Assembly: GCF_006345805.1 (NCBI RefSeq)
Contig: NC_042999.1
Location: 133,052,001 to 133,116,000 of the forward strand
Length of the DNA: 64,000 nucleotides
Reading direction: 5' to 3'
DNA from: Octopus sinensis
Lineage: Eukaryota
The position numbers were made by a program, and so were the translations under genes. Shown here piece after piece: positions 26,125 to 38,699 of the stretch (its first letter is position 1; each line of letters begins with the position of its first letter). The notes under the pieces are model-generated. The model saw only the letters and a program-made list of their open reading frames with translations, had not been told where the DNA came from and searched no databases.

Positions 26125-26300
26125 GTGTGTATATATATGTGTGTGTATATATACATATGTATAGGTGTGTATGTATGTGTGCATGCATGCATTGTATGTA
26201 TGTATGTATGTATGTATGTATGTATGTATGTATGTATGTATGTATGTATGAATGTATGTATGTATGTATGTTTGAGTGTGTGTTCGCTTCTGTGTGTATA
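25600..26300. repeat. Compound microsatellite with a duplicated unit of about 315 bp
   Basis: (ACT)n-catgcatatatat-ggtgggtgtgagtagg block occurs twice (about 25711 and 26028). Confidence 0.8.
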
Positions 26301-26402
26301 CATGCCACGCATGATCACACACACCTCACTCATACTGAAAAAAAATCATCCGTATCGATGAATATGTACACATATATAATCAATCATGTATGTATTTATG
26401 AA

Positions 26403-26446
<44 letters not shown>

Positions 26447-26518
26447 TGTATGTATATATTTATATTTATACATATTTGTGTGTATATATATTTATATATA
26501 CATTAGTGTTTAAGTATC

Positions 26519-26555
<37 letters not shown>

Positions 26556-26856
26556 GTGTTTGTGTGTATATTTATATATTTATATATACATGTATATATG
26601 TGTGTATGTATGTATATGTATATATATATGTGTATATGTGTGTGTTTGTGTGTATGTGTATTTATATATATTTGTGTATGTATGTATGTACGTATATATT
26701 TTTTTTTCTGGGTATATGTACTTATATACATACATGTGTGTGTGTGGAGGGGGGTGCGTGTGCGTATCTATTTATACGCACATATACATAATATCAATCC
26801 ATTTGCCCTCTACAATATTTATTCACAAGCAATGACTGTCACAGTCACACATATAA

Positions 26857-26924
<68 letters not shown>

Positions 26925-27085
26925 ATATGTATGTATGTATGTATGTATAGCGCACCATAGTTAGCCGCTGTCCATATTTCAGCAATGGAGAGTGAGTAAA
27001 TAGCGGAGTTGAGTTGAATGAAACACACAAAGAAGCTATAAAGAGTTAGTGGCAACACTGCGACATATATGGCTGTTCTCTAGCT

Positions 27086-27142
27086 ATTATCTCTCCATCT
27101 GGATGACAACTATGATTTATTGCACTTGTAAATAATTGCTGC
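27086..27142 (+). repeat. About 58-bp motif shared with 60628-60685 (opposite strand)
   Basis: Reverse complement gcagcaattatttacaagtgcaataaatcatagttgtcatc vs gctgcaattctttacaactgcaataaatcatagttgccatc: 37/41 identical, continuing to GGA.AGATAAT. Confidence 0.8.
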
Positions 27143-27586
27143 GCAATAACTTTGCCTTTCACAAGCTTTATCGCTTCCGTACTTGGCGGCTTCGTCTTCC
27201 TTCTCACCAGCCACCAACTACCACAACCACAACCATCGCCACCGACGGCGTTACAGCCGCCGCCGATGGCGACGACGACGGCTGTCCCCCCACCGTCGAC
27301 GTCGCGAACACCAACATCACAACGGTCGGCGAAGATAAAAAAAACAAAAGAAGAAAAACGTAACCACAACCGACACTACTGCGATCATCATCACCATCGT
27401 CGTCATTATCATCATTTTCACCATCATCGTCATTTCCCCGTCCTCCTCCTTATCATCATCATTACAATCACCATCACCGTCTTCACAATTTTCTTCTCCC
27501 TCATCATCATTATTATCATCATAATCATCGTCATCGTCATAATCAGCAACAACTGCATCAGCATCATCATCGTCGTCGTCGTCGTT

Positions 27587-27621
<35 letters not shown>

Positions 27622-27630
27622 ATTCATCAA

Positions 27631-27681
<51 letters not shown>

Positions 27682-27690
27682 ATTCATCAA

Positions 27691-27721
<31 letters not shown>

Positions 27722-28020
27722 GTCGCCATCACATCATCATCATCTTCAGCCGCAGCAGCAGAATTAATATGGGCGCTGCTGCTACTGCTCCCACTGCCTC
27801 TGCTGCCACTGCCCCGGCTTCCACTGCTGCCACTGCTGCTGCTGTAATTCTAAGTTTTACTTTTGTCGATTCGGCTTTTAATACAAAACTTCCTTTTAAA
27901 TATCCGTCTTCATCAAACTTAATGCCCAACTTGCCATGCATATTCATGTATACATCTCTCCTCCCCTCTCTCTCTGTATGTGTGGGCGTGTGTATGTGAG
28001 TGTGTATATGTGTATACATG

Positions 28021-28073
<53 letters not shown>

Positions 28074-28655
28074 ATTTATGTATGTATATATATATACATA
28101 TTAAGCATGTAATTCATGCAAGCATTCACGCATACAGAACACGGTTGTAACGAAAATAAGAGTGTAATGAAAGCGCCATCTTGTAATCCTGTTTCACTCT
28201 TTTCTCTGCTTCAAATATGACCCTACAGCAGTATTTTTCAATTTATTTCAAGTATTTCTAGTATATTCCAAGCGCATCATATGACACAAGGATTTTAGAA
28301 TGCCGGCTGGATTATTTATGACGTACGCAATCACGTGTAGCATGTTTATTGACAAACATGTCTAGACTGTTTCGTTTCGGCTGCACTGGTCTGTGTTGCC
28401 GAAGTGTAACATGACATGACTGAAAGTTCGCGTGTATGTTTGTGCGTGTTTGTTTGTGTGTGTGTGTGTGTGTGTGTACTTATGTGTGTGTACGTGTGTG
28501 TGTGTGTACGTATGTACGAATGTGTGTGTACTTGTGTACGTATGTGTGTGTTAGTACGTGTGTGTGTATGTATATACATATTATGCATGTAGTTCATGCT
28601 AGCAATTATATATACACATACGGTTGTAACGAAAATATGTAAGTATCTATATATA

Positions 28656-29880
28656 TATTAGGTTGAGTAAAACGTAAAGAAATATTTTGAACCATGTATG
28701 ATTTGTACCGGATTCTTGTAGAGTTTTGAATTTTTTAAAAACATTTCTTTGCAATTGTCTGATAATTCATACACACACTTGTCCAAATGGATAAATGAAT
28801 TAACATTGATTTTTTTTCACTGTTGTTACAATCTGTTAAAGCGCAATATTCGAGCAATTTTCCTATTCAACTTTAAAAAGGACGTAAAGCAGCGGATACT
28901 TGCTCGCGATATTAACGAAACGTTTGGTGAGGAAGGGTCAGCTCTAAATTCTTTTTAACAATTTCACAGTGGAGAGCTGAGCCTTGAAGATCTTTAGCAT
29001 AGTGGACGCTCATCTGTCATCGACGACGGTCAATCAAAGACGGTTATTGAGAAAGATTCACTCGAGAACTGGCAAAAGAACTTCAGTTTAATCAGAAAAC
29101 TACATGAAACAATTTGTATGCGATCAGAGAATCAAAAAAGCTCGACAAATGGGTGCCACACGATTTGAATGAAAATCAGACAATTCGCAGATATGAAATG
29201 TGCCCGCCGCTTCTTCTCCGTAAACAGACCGATCCGCTTCTCGACCGTATTGTAACTTGCTATGAAAAGTGGATTCTGTACAATAATAAAAAAACGTTTT
29301 TGGCAGTGATTGGACCAAAATGAAGCACCGAAAACCTTCTCTAAACCCGAGCTTATCAAAAAGAAGATTACATTGACTGTTTGGTGGTGTACTGCTGGAT
29401 TCATCCACTATAACTTCTTAAAACCCGGAAAAACCATTACTTAAAAAACATATTGCCATGAAATTGCCAAAATGAACGAAAACCTGCTACTCCTCCGTCC
29501 CAGACTGGTCAATAAAAGACGGCCAATCATTCTTCATGACAATGCTCGACACACGTTTCACTTATGACGCTTTAGAAGTTGAGGAGACTTGGCTAGGAAG
29601 TACTTCCCCACCCAGCTTTTTCCCCAGACCTTTCTCCTACCGACTACCACTTTTTTCAAGCACTGTCATGGATTTCTGCAAGAGAACGAGTTCAAAAATC
29701 AAACCGATGCTGAAGGTGCGTACAAAGAGTCCATCAGATCCAGGCAGAACTCCAGATTTTTATGTTACCGGAATAAACTAACTCGTAACTCGTTGGCAAA
29801 AATGTGTTGATTGTAATGGTACTTACTTTAATGAATAAAAAAAGTAATGTGCATTTTTACGTTACATTCGGCAAACCCCT
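28656..29880 (+). mobile_element. Mariner (DD34D) transposon, near full length, pseudogenised
   Basis: Starts ttaggttg after a TA run. IFLFNFKK..ARDINETFG, KLDKWVPHDL, IVTCYEKWILYNN, IILHDNAR, LG*EVLPHPAFSPDLSPTDYHFF; stops and frameshifts; right TIR decayed. Confidence 0.92.
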
Positions 29881-29956
29881 CGTTTAAGTCTGTGGGAACA
29901 CACACACACATAAATATACATTCTCATTGCTCGATATTAAGTATGTAATATATATA

Positions 29957-29988
<32 letters not shown>

Positions 29989-29999
29989 ACACCACACAC

Positions 30000-30310
30000 A
30001 CACACACACCACACACACACACATACATATATATACTATATATATATATATATATATACATGTATATTAACATATACATTATATATATACATATATATTA
30101 TATATATATATATATATCACGTGATCACTTGACCGACCAGACCATCAGATGTTGTTACAACATCGCTGGTCACAATGCGTTCGCATTGTTTTAGCCTTCG
30201 AATGACGCCACCCTGCATTTAGTTATTGAGTAGATTAAATAGAAGCAACTATGGCACTGATGTATACACACATATAGAGTTAGGCAAGCTCATAGATATG
30301 TATGTATGTG

Positions 30311-30394
<84 letters not shown>

Positions 30395-30777
30395 TTTATA
30401 TATATACTAGATGACGTATCCCTTGAATCCCAGAAAGCGGGACTTACTCCTGGTTACGATCTCATAATGGTTTTCACTAATGCAATAACAACAATACAAA
30501 GTATGTAGCCCTTAAAACGGTTTTTGTGCATTTACAGAGAATACCAAACTTTCTTACATAGGATCTTGTTTATAGGAATTCCCAATAAGTTATGAATACC
30601 CAAATTGTGAAGTCATTTATGTAATAACATAAAATTAGTTACTCGATAGTAAAAATTCAAATAAAGTAGTCCCGAAAATATATATGCATGTATATATATA
30701 TATATTATATATTATTTAGTTATTATATATATATATGCATATATATGTGTATATATATTATATAATATATATATATA

Positions 30778-30817
<40 letters not shown>

Positions 30818-30924
30818 GGCCGCTCGCTAGCCAGCGGGGTGGCGTCATTCGAAGGCTAAAACAATGCGAACGCATTGTGACCAGCGATGTGTAACAACAT
30901 CTGATGGTCTGGTCGGTCAGTGAT

Positions 30925-30966
<42 letters not shown>

Positions 30967-31001
30967 ATATAATGTATATGTATATATATACATGTATATA
31001 T

Positions 31002-31037
<36 letters not shown>

Positions 31038-31050
31038 GTATATATATGTA

Positions 31051-31084
<34 letters not shown>

Positions 31085-31299
31085 CTGTATGGCACCGTCA
31101 GCTAACTAAATATTGAAGATTCCAAACATTCACAGACACATATTTTCCGGAAAATCAGTTCTTTTCTGCAATAAAACATCACTTCTTAGGCAGTTTGCTT
31201 CTGCATTTAGTTATTGAGTAGATTAAATAGAAGCAACTATGGCACTGATGTATACACACAAATATAGAGTTAGGCAAGCTCATAGATATGTATTATGTG

Positions 31300-31350
<51 letters not shown>

Positions 31351-31532
31351 TTTATATATATACTAGATGACGTATCCGGTGAATCCCAGGAAAGCGGGAC
31401 TTACTCCTTGGTTACGATCTCATAATTGTTTCACTAATGCAATAACAACAATACAAAGTATGTAGCCCTTAAACCGGTTTTTGTGCATTTACATAGAATA
31501 CCAAATATATATATATATATATAATATATATC

Positions 31533-31568
<36 letters not shown>

Positions 31569-31917
31569 TATGCATATATATATATATAATAACTAAATAA
31601 TATATAATATATTATATATACATGCATATATATTTTCGGGACTACTTTATTTGAATTTTTACTATCGAGTAACTAATTTTATGTTATTACATAAATGACT
31701 TCACAATTTGGGTATTCATAACTTATTGGGAATTCCTATAAACAAGATCCTATGTAAGAAAGTTTGGTATTCTCTGTAAATGCACAAAAACCGTTTTAAG
31801 GGCTACATACTTTGTATTGTTGTTATTGCATTAGTGAAACAATTATGAGATCGTAACCAAGGAGTAAGTCCCGCTTTCCTGGGATTCACCGGATACGTCA
31901 TCGAGTATATATATAAA

Positions 31918-32000
<83 letters not shown>

Positions 32001-32213
32001 CACATACATACATATCTATGAGCTTGCCTAACTCTATATGTGTGTATACATCAGTGCCATAGTTGCTTCTATTTAATCTACTCAATAACTAAATGCAGAA
32101 GCAAACTGCCGAAGAAGTGATGTTTTATTGCAGAAAAGAACTGATTTTCCGGAAAATATTGTCTGTGAATGTTTGGAATCTTCAATATTTAGTTAGCTGA
32201 CGGTGCCATACAG
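30000..32213. repeat. Complex inverted duplication/triplication (segment B x3; A, C and M x2)
   Basis: M 30118-30213 and 30818-30930 (inverted; SINE-tail-like). B at 30213-30548(+), 31201-31505(+), 31763-32098(-). C at 30549-30760(+), about 31540-31762(-). A at 31085-31200(+), 32099-32213(-). Confidence 0.93.
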
Positions 32214-32566
32214 TTAGTTGCAACTAAACAATAATGACAGTTTTGCATAATGTTGCATTTCACTGAGGTTATGTGAGCAGTTGTTCGTATTTTCTGTCAA
32301 TTAGCTTGCGCACTCACTAAATTACTGAGTTCAGTTCGTCCGAGATATGACCTAAATTGTCTTCTCCTTGGATGGTCACAGACACTAAAGCTAGCATGGT
32401 AATGGGAATGGTGGTGGCGGCGTTGGCTATGGTGGTTATGTGAGGTAGGGGGAAGGACAAGATGGCTGCCTGAAGTAGTAGTGGTAGTAGTGGTGAGAAT
32501 GTTTTGAGCGAAAGAAAGAGGAAGGTGATTTGGTTGCAAGATAGGGAGAGAAAGAGAAAGATAGAT

Positions 32567-32605
<39 letters not shown>

Positions 32606-32664
32606 CAGATGAGAAATGAGAGAGGAATAAAAATTAAAAAGGCTGAAGCAGTGGCATCGTTTGC

Positions 32665-32705
<41 letters not shown>

Positions 32706-32799
32706 AATACATACATACATACATACATACATACATACATACATACATACATACATACATACATACATACATACATACATACATACATACATACATACA

Positions 32800-32831
<32 letters not shown>

Positions 32832-33399
32832 ACGAACGTGGCTAGACGCAATATCAAATCGAAAAGGAAAGATTTAATTGTCACTAATAGTGACTGAGCG
32901 TGCAGGGTAGAACCTAGACTGCTAGAAACAAGTGTCGAAGACCATTTTGGCCACAGGAATCACAATGTTTATGTAATGACGTGGGAGATAACTACCTAAC
33001 AACGTGCATATATATGTGTGTGTGTATTATGTGTGCGTGTGCGTGTGTGTGTATTATGTGTGCGTGTGTGTGTGCGTGCGTGCGTGTATGTATATATATA
33101 TATGTGTGTGTATGTGTGAATGTGAGAATGAGCGTACAAGAAAGAATCTAAGAAGCGAGGGAGGCGATTTGGAAGAAATCATCTCACATAGACAAAAAAT
33201 ATATATAAAATAAATAAAACCTGAAATTTAGCGGAGGGGTATTTCTTGATTATTACTTTATTTCGATAGAATTTGAACTCAGAATGTAATGAGTCGGATC
33301 AAATAATGCAGGGCATGGTGTCCGAGAGTCTTAACGATTCTGCCAATTCAGCACCTTAATGCATGTCTTTTGTCTAGAGTCACATGATTCAAAGAGTCG

Positions 33400-33603
33400 G
33401 CTTCCCGGTGTCCTATGGTACGTAAATGATCAAGTCCAGAAACATACTCCCTGAACGGTTATTTATTTATAGCTGAGTAGACTGGAGCAAGGTAAAAAGA
33501 AATGTCAGGATCAATACCACAATGCACCGACACGTCAGGGAATCGAAACCCCTATCTTGTGATTGTCTACGCAACGCCCTAACTACCGACCACGCGCCTT
33601 CAC
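33400..33603 (-). mobile_element. SINE family 3 fragment
   Basis: gggaatcgaaacc...ccctaactaccgaccacgcgccttc. Confidence 0.6.
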
Positions 33604-33804
33604 TACGCCTTTATGTTGGTGAAATTCTTTTTCATCTCTCTGGTCAGTAAGTGTTATTTCTTATTTGTTTCTATCTAGAAATCAAAGGAAATGACTACTG
33701 TTCCCTTCAAACTTGTAACCTGGACATCAATGCTTTATAATCGATTTATTTTCCATTACATTTCAGACAGATTCAGCACTGAGTTGCTGAAGCAAAAATA
33801 TCGC

Positions 33805-33973
33805 TATAGCAAATATTCTGCTCCATATCACAGATTTGCTTGTCAGTTGCTTAACCTTAACCACTTGAGCATGTTCCTTAGTGGCTGACAATATGTGCAT
33901 CTCTGATCATGAGCAGGAGTAGTGGGGGAGCATCATAACCATGTGTTGAGAGGGATCTTAAGGGTTTGAATAA
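33805..33973 (+). mobile_element. Internal fragment of the 550-bp element, opposite orientation to 37785 and 40738
   Basis: gcaaatattctgctc...cagatttgcttgtcagttg...gggggagcatcat...gggtttgaataa. Confidence 0.85.
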
Positions 33974-34102
33974 ATGTAACAAAAGCAAAGTTTGAGGGAA
34001 ATATTAGCCATTTTTCATGCTTTCTAGGGGTAAGCAAATAGGAAATAACAGTTGCTATTCAAGGACAAAAAATCGTGTTACACAGTGTAGTAATTCTTAT
34101 AT

Positions 34103-34511
34103 AGGCGCAGGAGTGGCTGTGTGGTAAGTAGCTTGCTAACCAACCACATGGTTGGTCCCACTGCGTGGCATCTTGGGCAAGTCTCTTCTGCTATAGCCTC
34201 GGGCCGACCAATGCCTTGTGAGTGGATTTGGTAGAAGGAAACTGAAAGAAGCCTGACGTATATGTATATATATATATGTGTGTGTGTGTGTGTTTGTGTA
34301 TCTGTGTTTGTCCCCCTAGCATTGCTTGACAACCGATGCTGGTGTGTTTACGTCCCAGTCACTTAGCGGTTCGGCAAAAGAGACCGATAGAATAAGTACT
34401 GGGCTTACAAAGAATAAGTCCCGGGGTCGATTTGTTCGACTAAAGGCGGTGCTCCAGCATGGCCGCAGTCAAATGACTGAAACAAGTAAAAGAGAGAGAA
34501 AAGAGTAAAGA
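34103..34511 (+). mobile_element. SINE family 1, full length
   Basis: Complete head, body and tail. Confidence 0.92.
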
Positions 34512-34519
34512 GATGTAAG

Positions 34520-34685
34520 ATCAGAAATTACTGGAAAAGGAACCAATTGAATTGATCTGATTCTTACTTGATTGATATTCTATTTTATCGAACCTGAAAT
34601 GATAGAAAGTAAAGTTAATCTCAGCAGGATTTGAACTCAGATGCTAAAGAACCAGAATAGATACCGCAAAACATTTTGACCAGCG
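34520..34685 (-). mobile_element. SINE family 2, diverged
   Basis: ttttatcgaacctgaaatgat...ggatttgaactcaga...ataccgcaaaacattttgaccagcgc. Confidence 0.6.
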
Positions 34686-34689
34686 CAAC

Positions 34690-35280
34690 AACAAGGGGGA
34701 TTACTTTGGGTTACTTTTTAAATTATTCTGCACTTAGCATTATTAATGTATTTTTTCAAAATTCTTACTATTTCAATAATAGGAAAAACCATATAATAAT
34801 TAAAATAAGCGCGTCGATCAACCACCAAAGTAAATTTGCTCAGGTGCTCCTTTGCCGTGTGATCTACAAAGGAGATTACTTTAAAAATCATTTTGTACAT
34901 AGCATTATAAATGTATTTTTTCAAAACTCTTATTATTTAATAATAAGAAAGCTATGCAATAATTAGAATAAGCGCGTAGATCACCCACCAGAGTAAATTT
35001 GCTCACGTAGATCTAACGGAAAGTAGCACTAACAAAAAGTATACTAAAAGTGACCTAAAGAAATCTCCCTTTAAATTGTAGATCACACGCCAAAAGGGCA
35101 TCTTCTTTTTTCTTAAGAAGTGATGTGAATTCAGTGTTGTTTTCTTGTAAAAATGCAACTGCTTTCGTTTCGTTGATGACAACCATGTAAAAATCTTTAG
35201 CCAACATCTTACGGGTTTTTAGAAATTGAAAAGTAAACTAAAAAGTAAACTAAAGTAATATCCCTTGTAGATCACACGCC
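34690..35280. mobile_element. MITE/foldback-like element with ~30-bp imperfect TIRs and internal repeats
   Basis: Left acaaggggattactttgggttacttttt vs right aaaaagtaaactaaagtaatatcccttgt. GTGTGATCTAC motif forward at about 34858 and reversed at about 35077 and 35266. Internal duplication 34740-34840 / 34905-35010. Confidence 0.45.
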
Positions 35281-35849
35281 AAAGTAACACCATTAATTAT
35301 TTCGTATGAAAGTAGCGATGATGTACATTAATAGAAATGTTTTCAACTGTATATCAAACCTTTCTGATAGAGATTCAACGAGAGAGAGAGAGAGAGAGAA
35401 GGGGGGAGAGAGATTCACTACGCAGTAGGTCGATTTGTAGGAAATACCAACAAAGCGTTCCCAAGTCATAGCCCACTCTTGAAAATGGGAAGATCACATT
35501 TGACCATATGTTTCTGGGTTCATACCACCACAGCAATAACTAACTGAATAAATAAATAGGCATATAGGTCACTGTTTCAACTTCTGTAGCCATTATAGTC
35601 TCCGCCAATCTGCTCATTTCCACCCATATACATGCATGCTGAAAATCGTCGGCAAAAACACAACCTCCTTGGTGGGGTTTAAAAAAAATAACACAGCCAT
35701 ATGATTTTTAAAAATATCCTTTAAAAACAAGAATCATCTGAAGCAGTTATAATACATTATGGATAACAACAAGCTAGTTTCACAGCGGCGGTGGAGGGAG
35801 CAAAGCCTGAAATTTTTGAGTCGATCCCAATAGTCAAGGCTTGTCATGT

Positions 35850-36241
35850 CATCCTCCGCAGACCTCCGCCAAGCAGCTCATTTTAAGATAGATACGCGAA
35901 TAAATTACTAATAGAGAAACGAAAATAAACTTTGAAAACAGCAACGTCACCATAGGTTACGTGGAAACGATGAACGTGTTTTCAAGGGAGATAATCAAAG
36001 AACGTAACATTGTAACACTTCATGTAAAGTAAATATAACAAATGAAAAATCCTTCAAGAATCCATAATAATTCCCGGATCACTACCACAATTTCATCATC
36101 TGTTCCTTGTGACATTGCCAACTTTTCTTGTAAGTTTCATCAAATACCGTACACAACTGTTTGAGTTATTTTGCACACAGACAGACAGACGGACAAACCA
36201 ACGCCGATAGAAACATAATCTCCTTCCTTGGCGGAGGTAAT
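35850..36241 (-). mobile_element. Non-autonomous Helentron-like (HINE/DINE-1-type) element
   Basis: 12-bp subterminal inverted repeats acctccgccaag (35862-35873) and cttggcggaggt (36227-36238), with a (GTCT)n tract just inside the 5' end. The architecture is as described for HINEs; the family call is from memory. Confidence 0.6.
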
Positions 36242-36862
36242 AATTCGGTCAGCTGGAGTCAGGATCTTATTTCTTCTTGAAAGCGAGACGAATTCAGAAA
36301 TGACTGACGAAATTAGACGTTTTTAATTTTCTAATTACATTCAATTAATTATTTTATTTATTTTTACAATGCTTTTGACATTTGTAGAAGAGGTGAAGAA
36401 AATATCCATAGACTAAAGACGTGGTCTAAAATTTTGCAATAGATTCCACTGCTGCTACTCAAGGGGTACAACATAGCATTAAACCAGTTGGTTGACGGAT
36501 TAGCTCTACAAGTGTTCTGAATTAGTCGCTTATACCGCATCAGAAGACGAAGTGAATGTGTTGTAACACGGAGGAGAAAGCATGTAGCAATTTCTTATCA
36601 ACAACAGCCGACCTCCCTACATGTAATTCATCATTTATATAATACATAATTTATCAATATATGATTTATCATTTTTTTTTTATTTCTATTTTTCTTTGTC
36701 TCAGTACCTATTGAAAAACTAAATCAGCTGTGTAGGGGTTACATATGGAGCAATGACATTCAAAATACAAAAAAAGCAACATAAAACATAAACCACTTCT
36801 AATGTCTGCATGAATAAAATTTTCTTGCATGAATTTCTAGAACGCCTCGAGTACTTAAGAGA

Positions 36863-36867
36863 GTGAG

Positions 36868-36920
<53 letters not shown>

Positions 36921-36931
36921 CACTACTACTG

Positions 36932-36996
<65 letters not shown>

Positions 36997-37065
36997 GCTG
37001 TTGCTGCTACAACTACTACTAATACTACTACTACTACTAATACTGCTGCTGCTATTATTATATGA
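36863..37065. repeat. (ACT)n/(ATT) triplet tract
   Basis: Forms the 3' tail or target of the LINE fragment at 37062-37770. Confidence 0.95.
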
Positions 37066-37770
37066 AAACTCAGCTTATTTTGCTGGATATGATGGAAAGT
37101 GTTAGCTGTCCACAGCCAGCAGACTAAAGTGATACTTGTTTACTGGTCATGCTTCAAGAACCCTGAGGACAATTCTTGCAGTTCCAAGCAATGCTGATTT
37201 TTGTAGGTGTTCTACCTTCCCCCTTGCACCGATCTTTTTAGCCATGTTGGTAGTTGAGTGTTCATATTTCTAAGTGCACCAATTACTATTGGTATCACGT
37301 CTACTCCCTTCATTGACCACAACCTTTGTATTTCCCAATTTAAATTGTCATAATTTATTATTTTTTCTTCTTCTTTCACATTAGCCCTGCTGTCATCAGG
37401 GAATGCTATGTCGATTATCATATATGTTCTTTTATTTTTTATTCATCACAACAATGTCCAGTTTCCGATATCTTGTCGGGTGATCGCACTGGATCATTGC
37501 ATACCACAGGATTTTGTAGTTCTCATTTTCGGTAACTCCTTCTGGAGTTCGTTCATACCACGTCTTTTCCACATAGCTCCGAATGGATCATTTTTTCCAC
37601 ATTATCATGGTGTCTTTTGTATTAGCGTTGTGCCTATTTCGGGCATTCGCTAACGATGTGCCATACCGTCTCAGCTCTCTCACTACACATTCTGTATTTG
37701 TCGTTATCAATAGTGTTGTCTATTCTGTACTTCATATAGTTGGTCCTATTCTACATGTCATATAGTTTGT
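37062..37770 (-). mobile_element. R4/Dong-type RLE-LINE, 3' fragment (A)
   Basis: RMC...ETVWHIVSEC (CCHC), KILW, KLDIVV...IIDIAFPDD...EEEKI..Y, IPIVIGAL, QKSALLGTARIV; short 3' UTR then AAT/AGT tail. Confidence 0.88.
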
Positions 37771-37784
37771 GCATTATTATTATT

Positions 37785-38338
37785 GAGTGAGAGAGCAGTG
37801 TACGCCATCAAAGTGACACTGGGGTAAATTATACGAAGCCCAATATACACATCATGACTACCTATCTGATAAGAGTACACCAAGCACATGCATCACAACC
37901 ATATGTGCGCGACATGGTGATCTCATATCAAGATAAACAGCGCATGACCTTGCAGGTGGAGCCCAGTTAGAATTTTTTCAAGCCGAGTAGTCCATCCGGC
38001 TCAAAAGGTCCCTGAATAGGGGTCGGTTAAGGCTGTTTAACGAAACACCCATGTTTCCAAAGGTGAATTATTCAAACCCCAAAGAATCCCTCTCAACACA
38101 TGGCTATGATGCTCCCCCACTATTTCTGCTCGTGATCAGAGATGCACATATCGTCATCCACTAAGGGACATGCTCAACTGTTTACAGTCAAGCAACTGAC
38201 AAGCGAATCTGCGATATTGGGCAGAATATTTGCTGTAGCCCACCTTTTATAACCAAGACAAAACAATGTACATGATAACACTTCCAATCACTTAAAATCA
38301 GAAGCCATGCGAGCCATTGTCTGGTACTGCGTCAGGGC
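37785..38338. mobile_element. About 550-bp non-coding element flanked by (ATT)n (copy 1)
   Basis: gagtgagagagcag...tcagggc; colinear, with the same ends as 40738-41291. Confidence 0.9.
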
Positions 38339-38423
38339 AATTCTTTATTGTTGTTGTTGTTGTTATTATTATTATTATTATTATATTATTATTATTATTA
38401 TCATCATCATCATCATCATCATT

Positions 38424-38637
38424 AAGGCGGTGAGCTGGCAGAATCGTTAGCACGCTGGGCAAAATTCTTAGCAGTATGTCGCCCGTCGCTACGTACTGAG
38501 TTGAAATTCCACCGAGGTCGACTTTGCTTTTCATCCTTTCGGGCTCGATAAATTAAGTACCAGTGAAACACTGAGGTCAATGTAATCGACACATCCCCTC
38601 CTCCACCATTTCAGACCTTGTGCCTATAGTAGAAAGG

Positions 38638-38640
<3 letters not shown>
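38424..38640 (+). mobile_element. SINE family 2, full length
   Basis: ggcggtgagctggcagaatcg...gagttgaaattcc...tagtagaaagg, then (ATT)n. Confidence 0.88.

Positions 38641-38697
<57 letters not shown>

Positions 38698-38699
<2 letters not shown>

Noticed and set aside
27118-27129. TATTGCACTTGT matches the first 12 nt of miR-92
   Set aside because: The rest of the mature sequence and the precursor hairpin are absent, and the second copy of the motif differs here.
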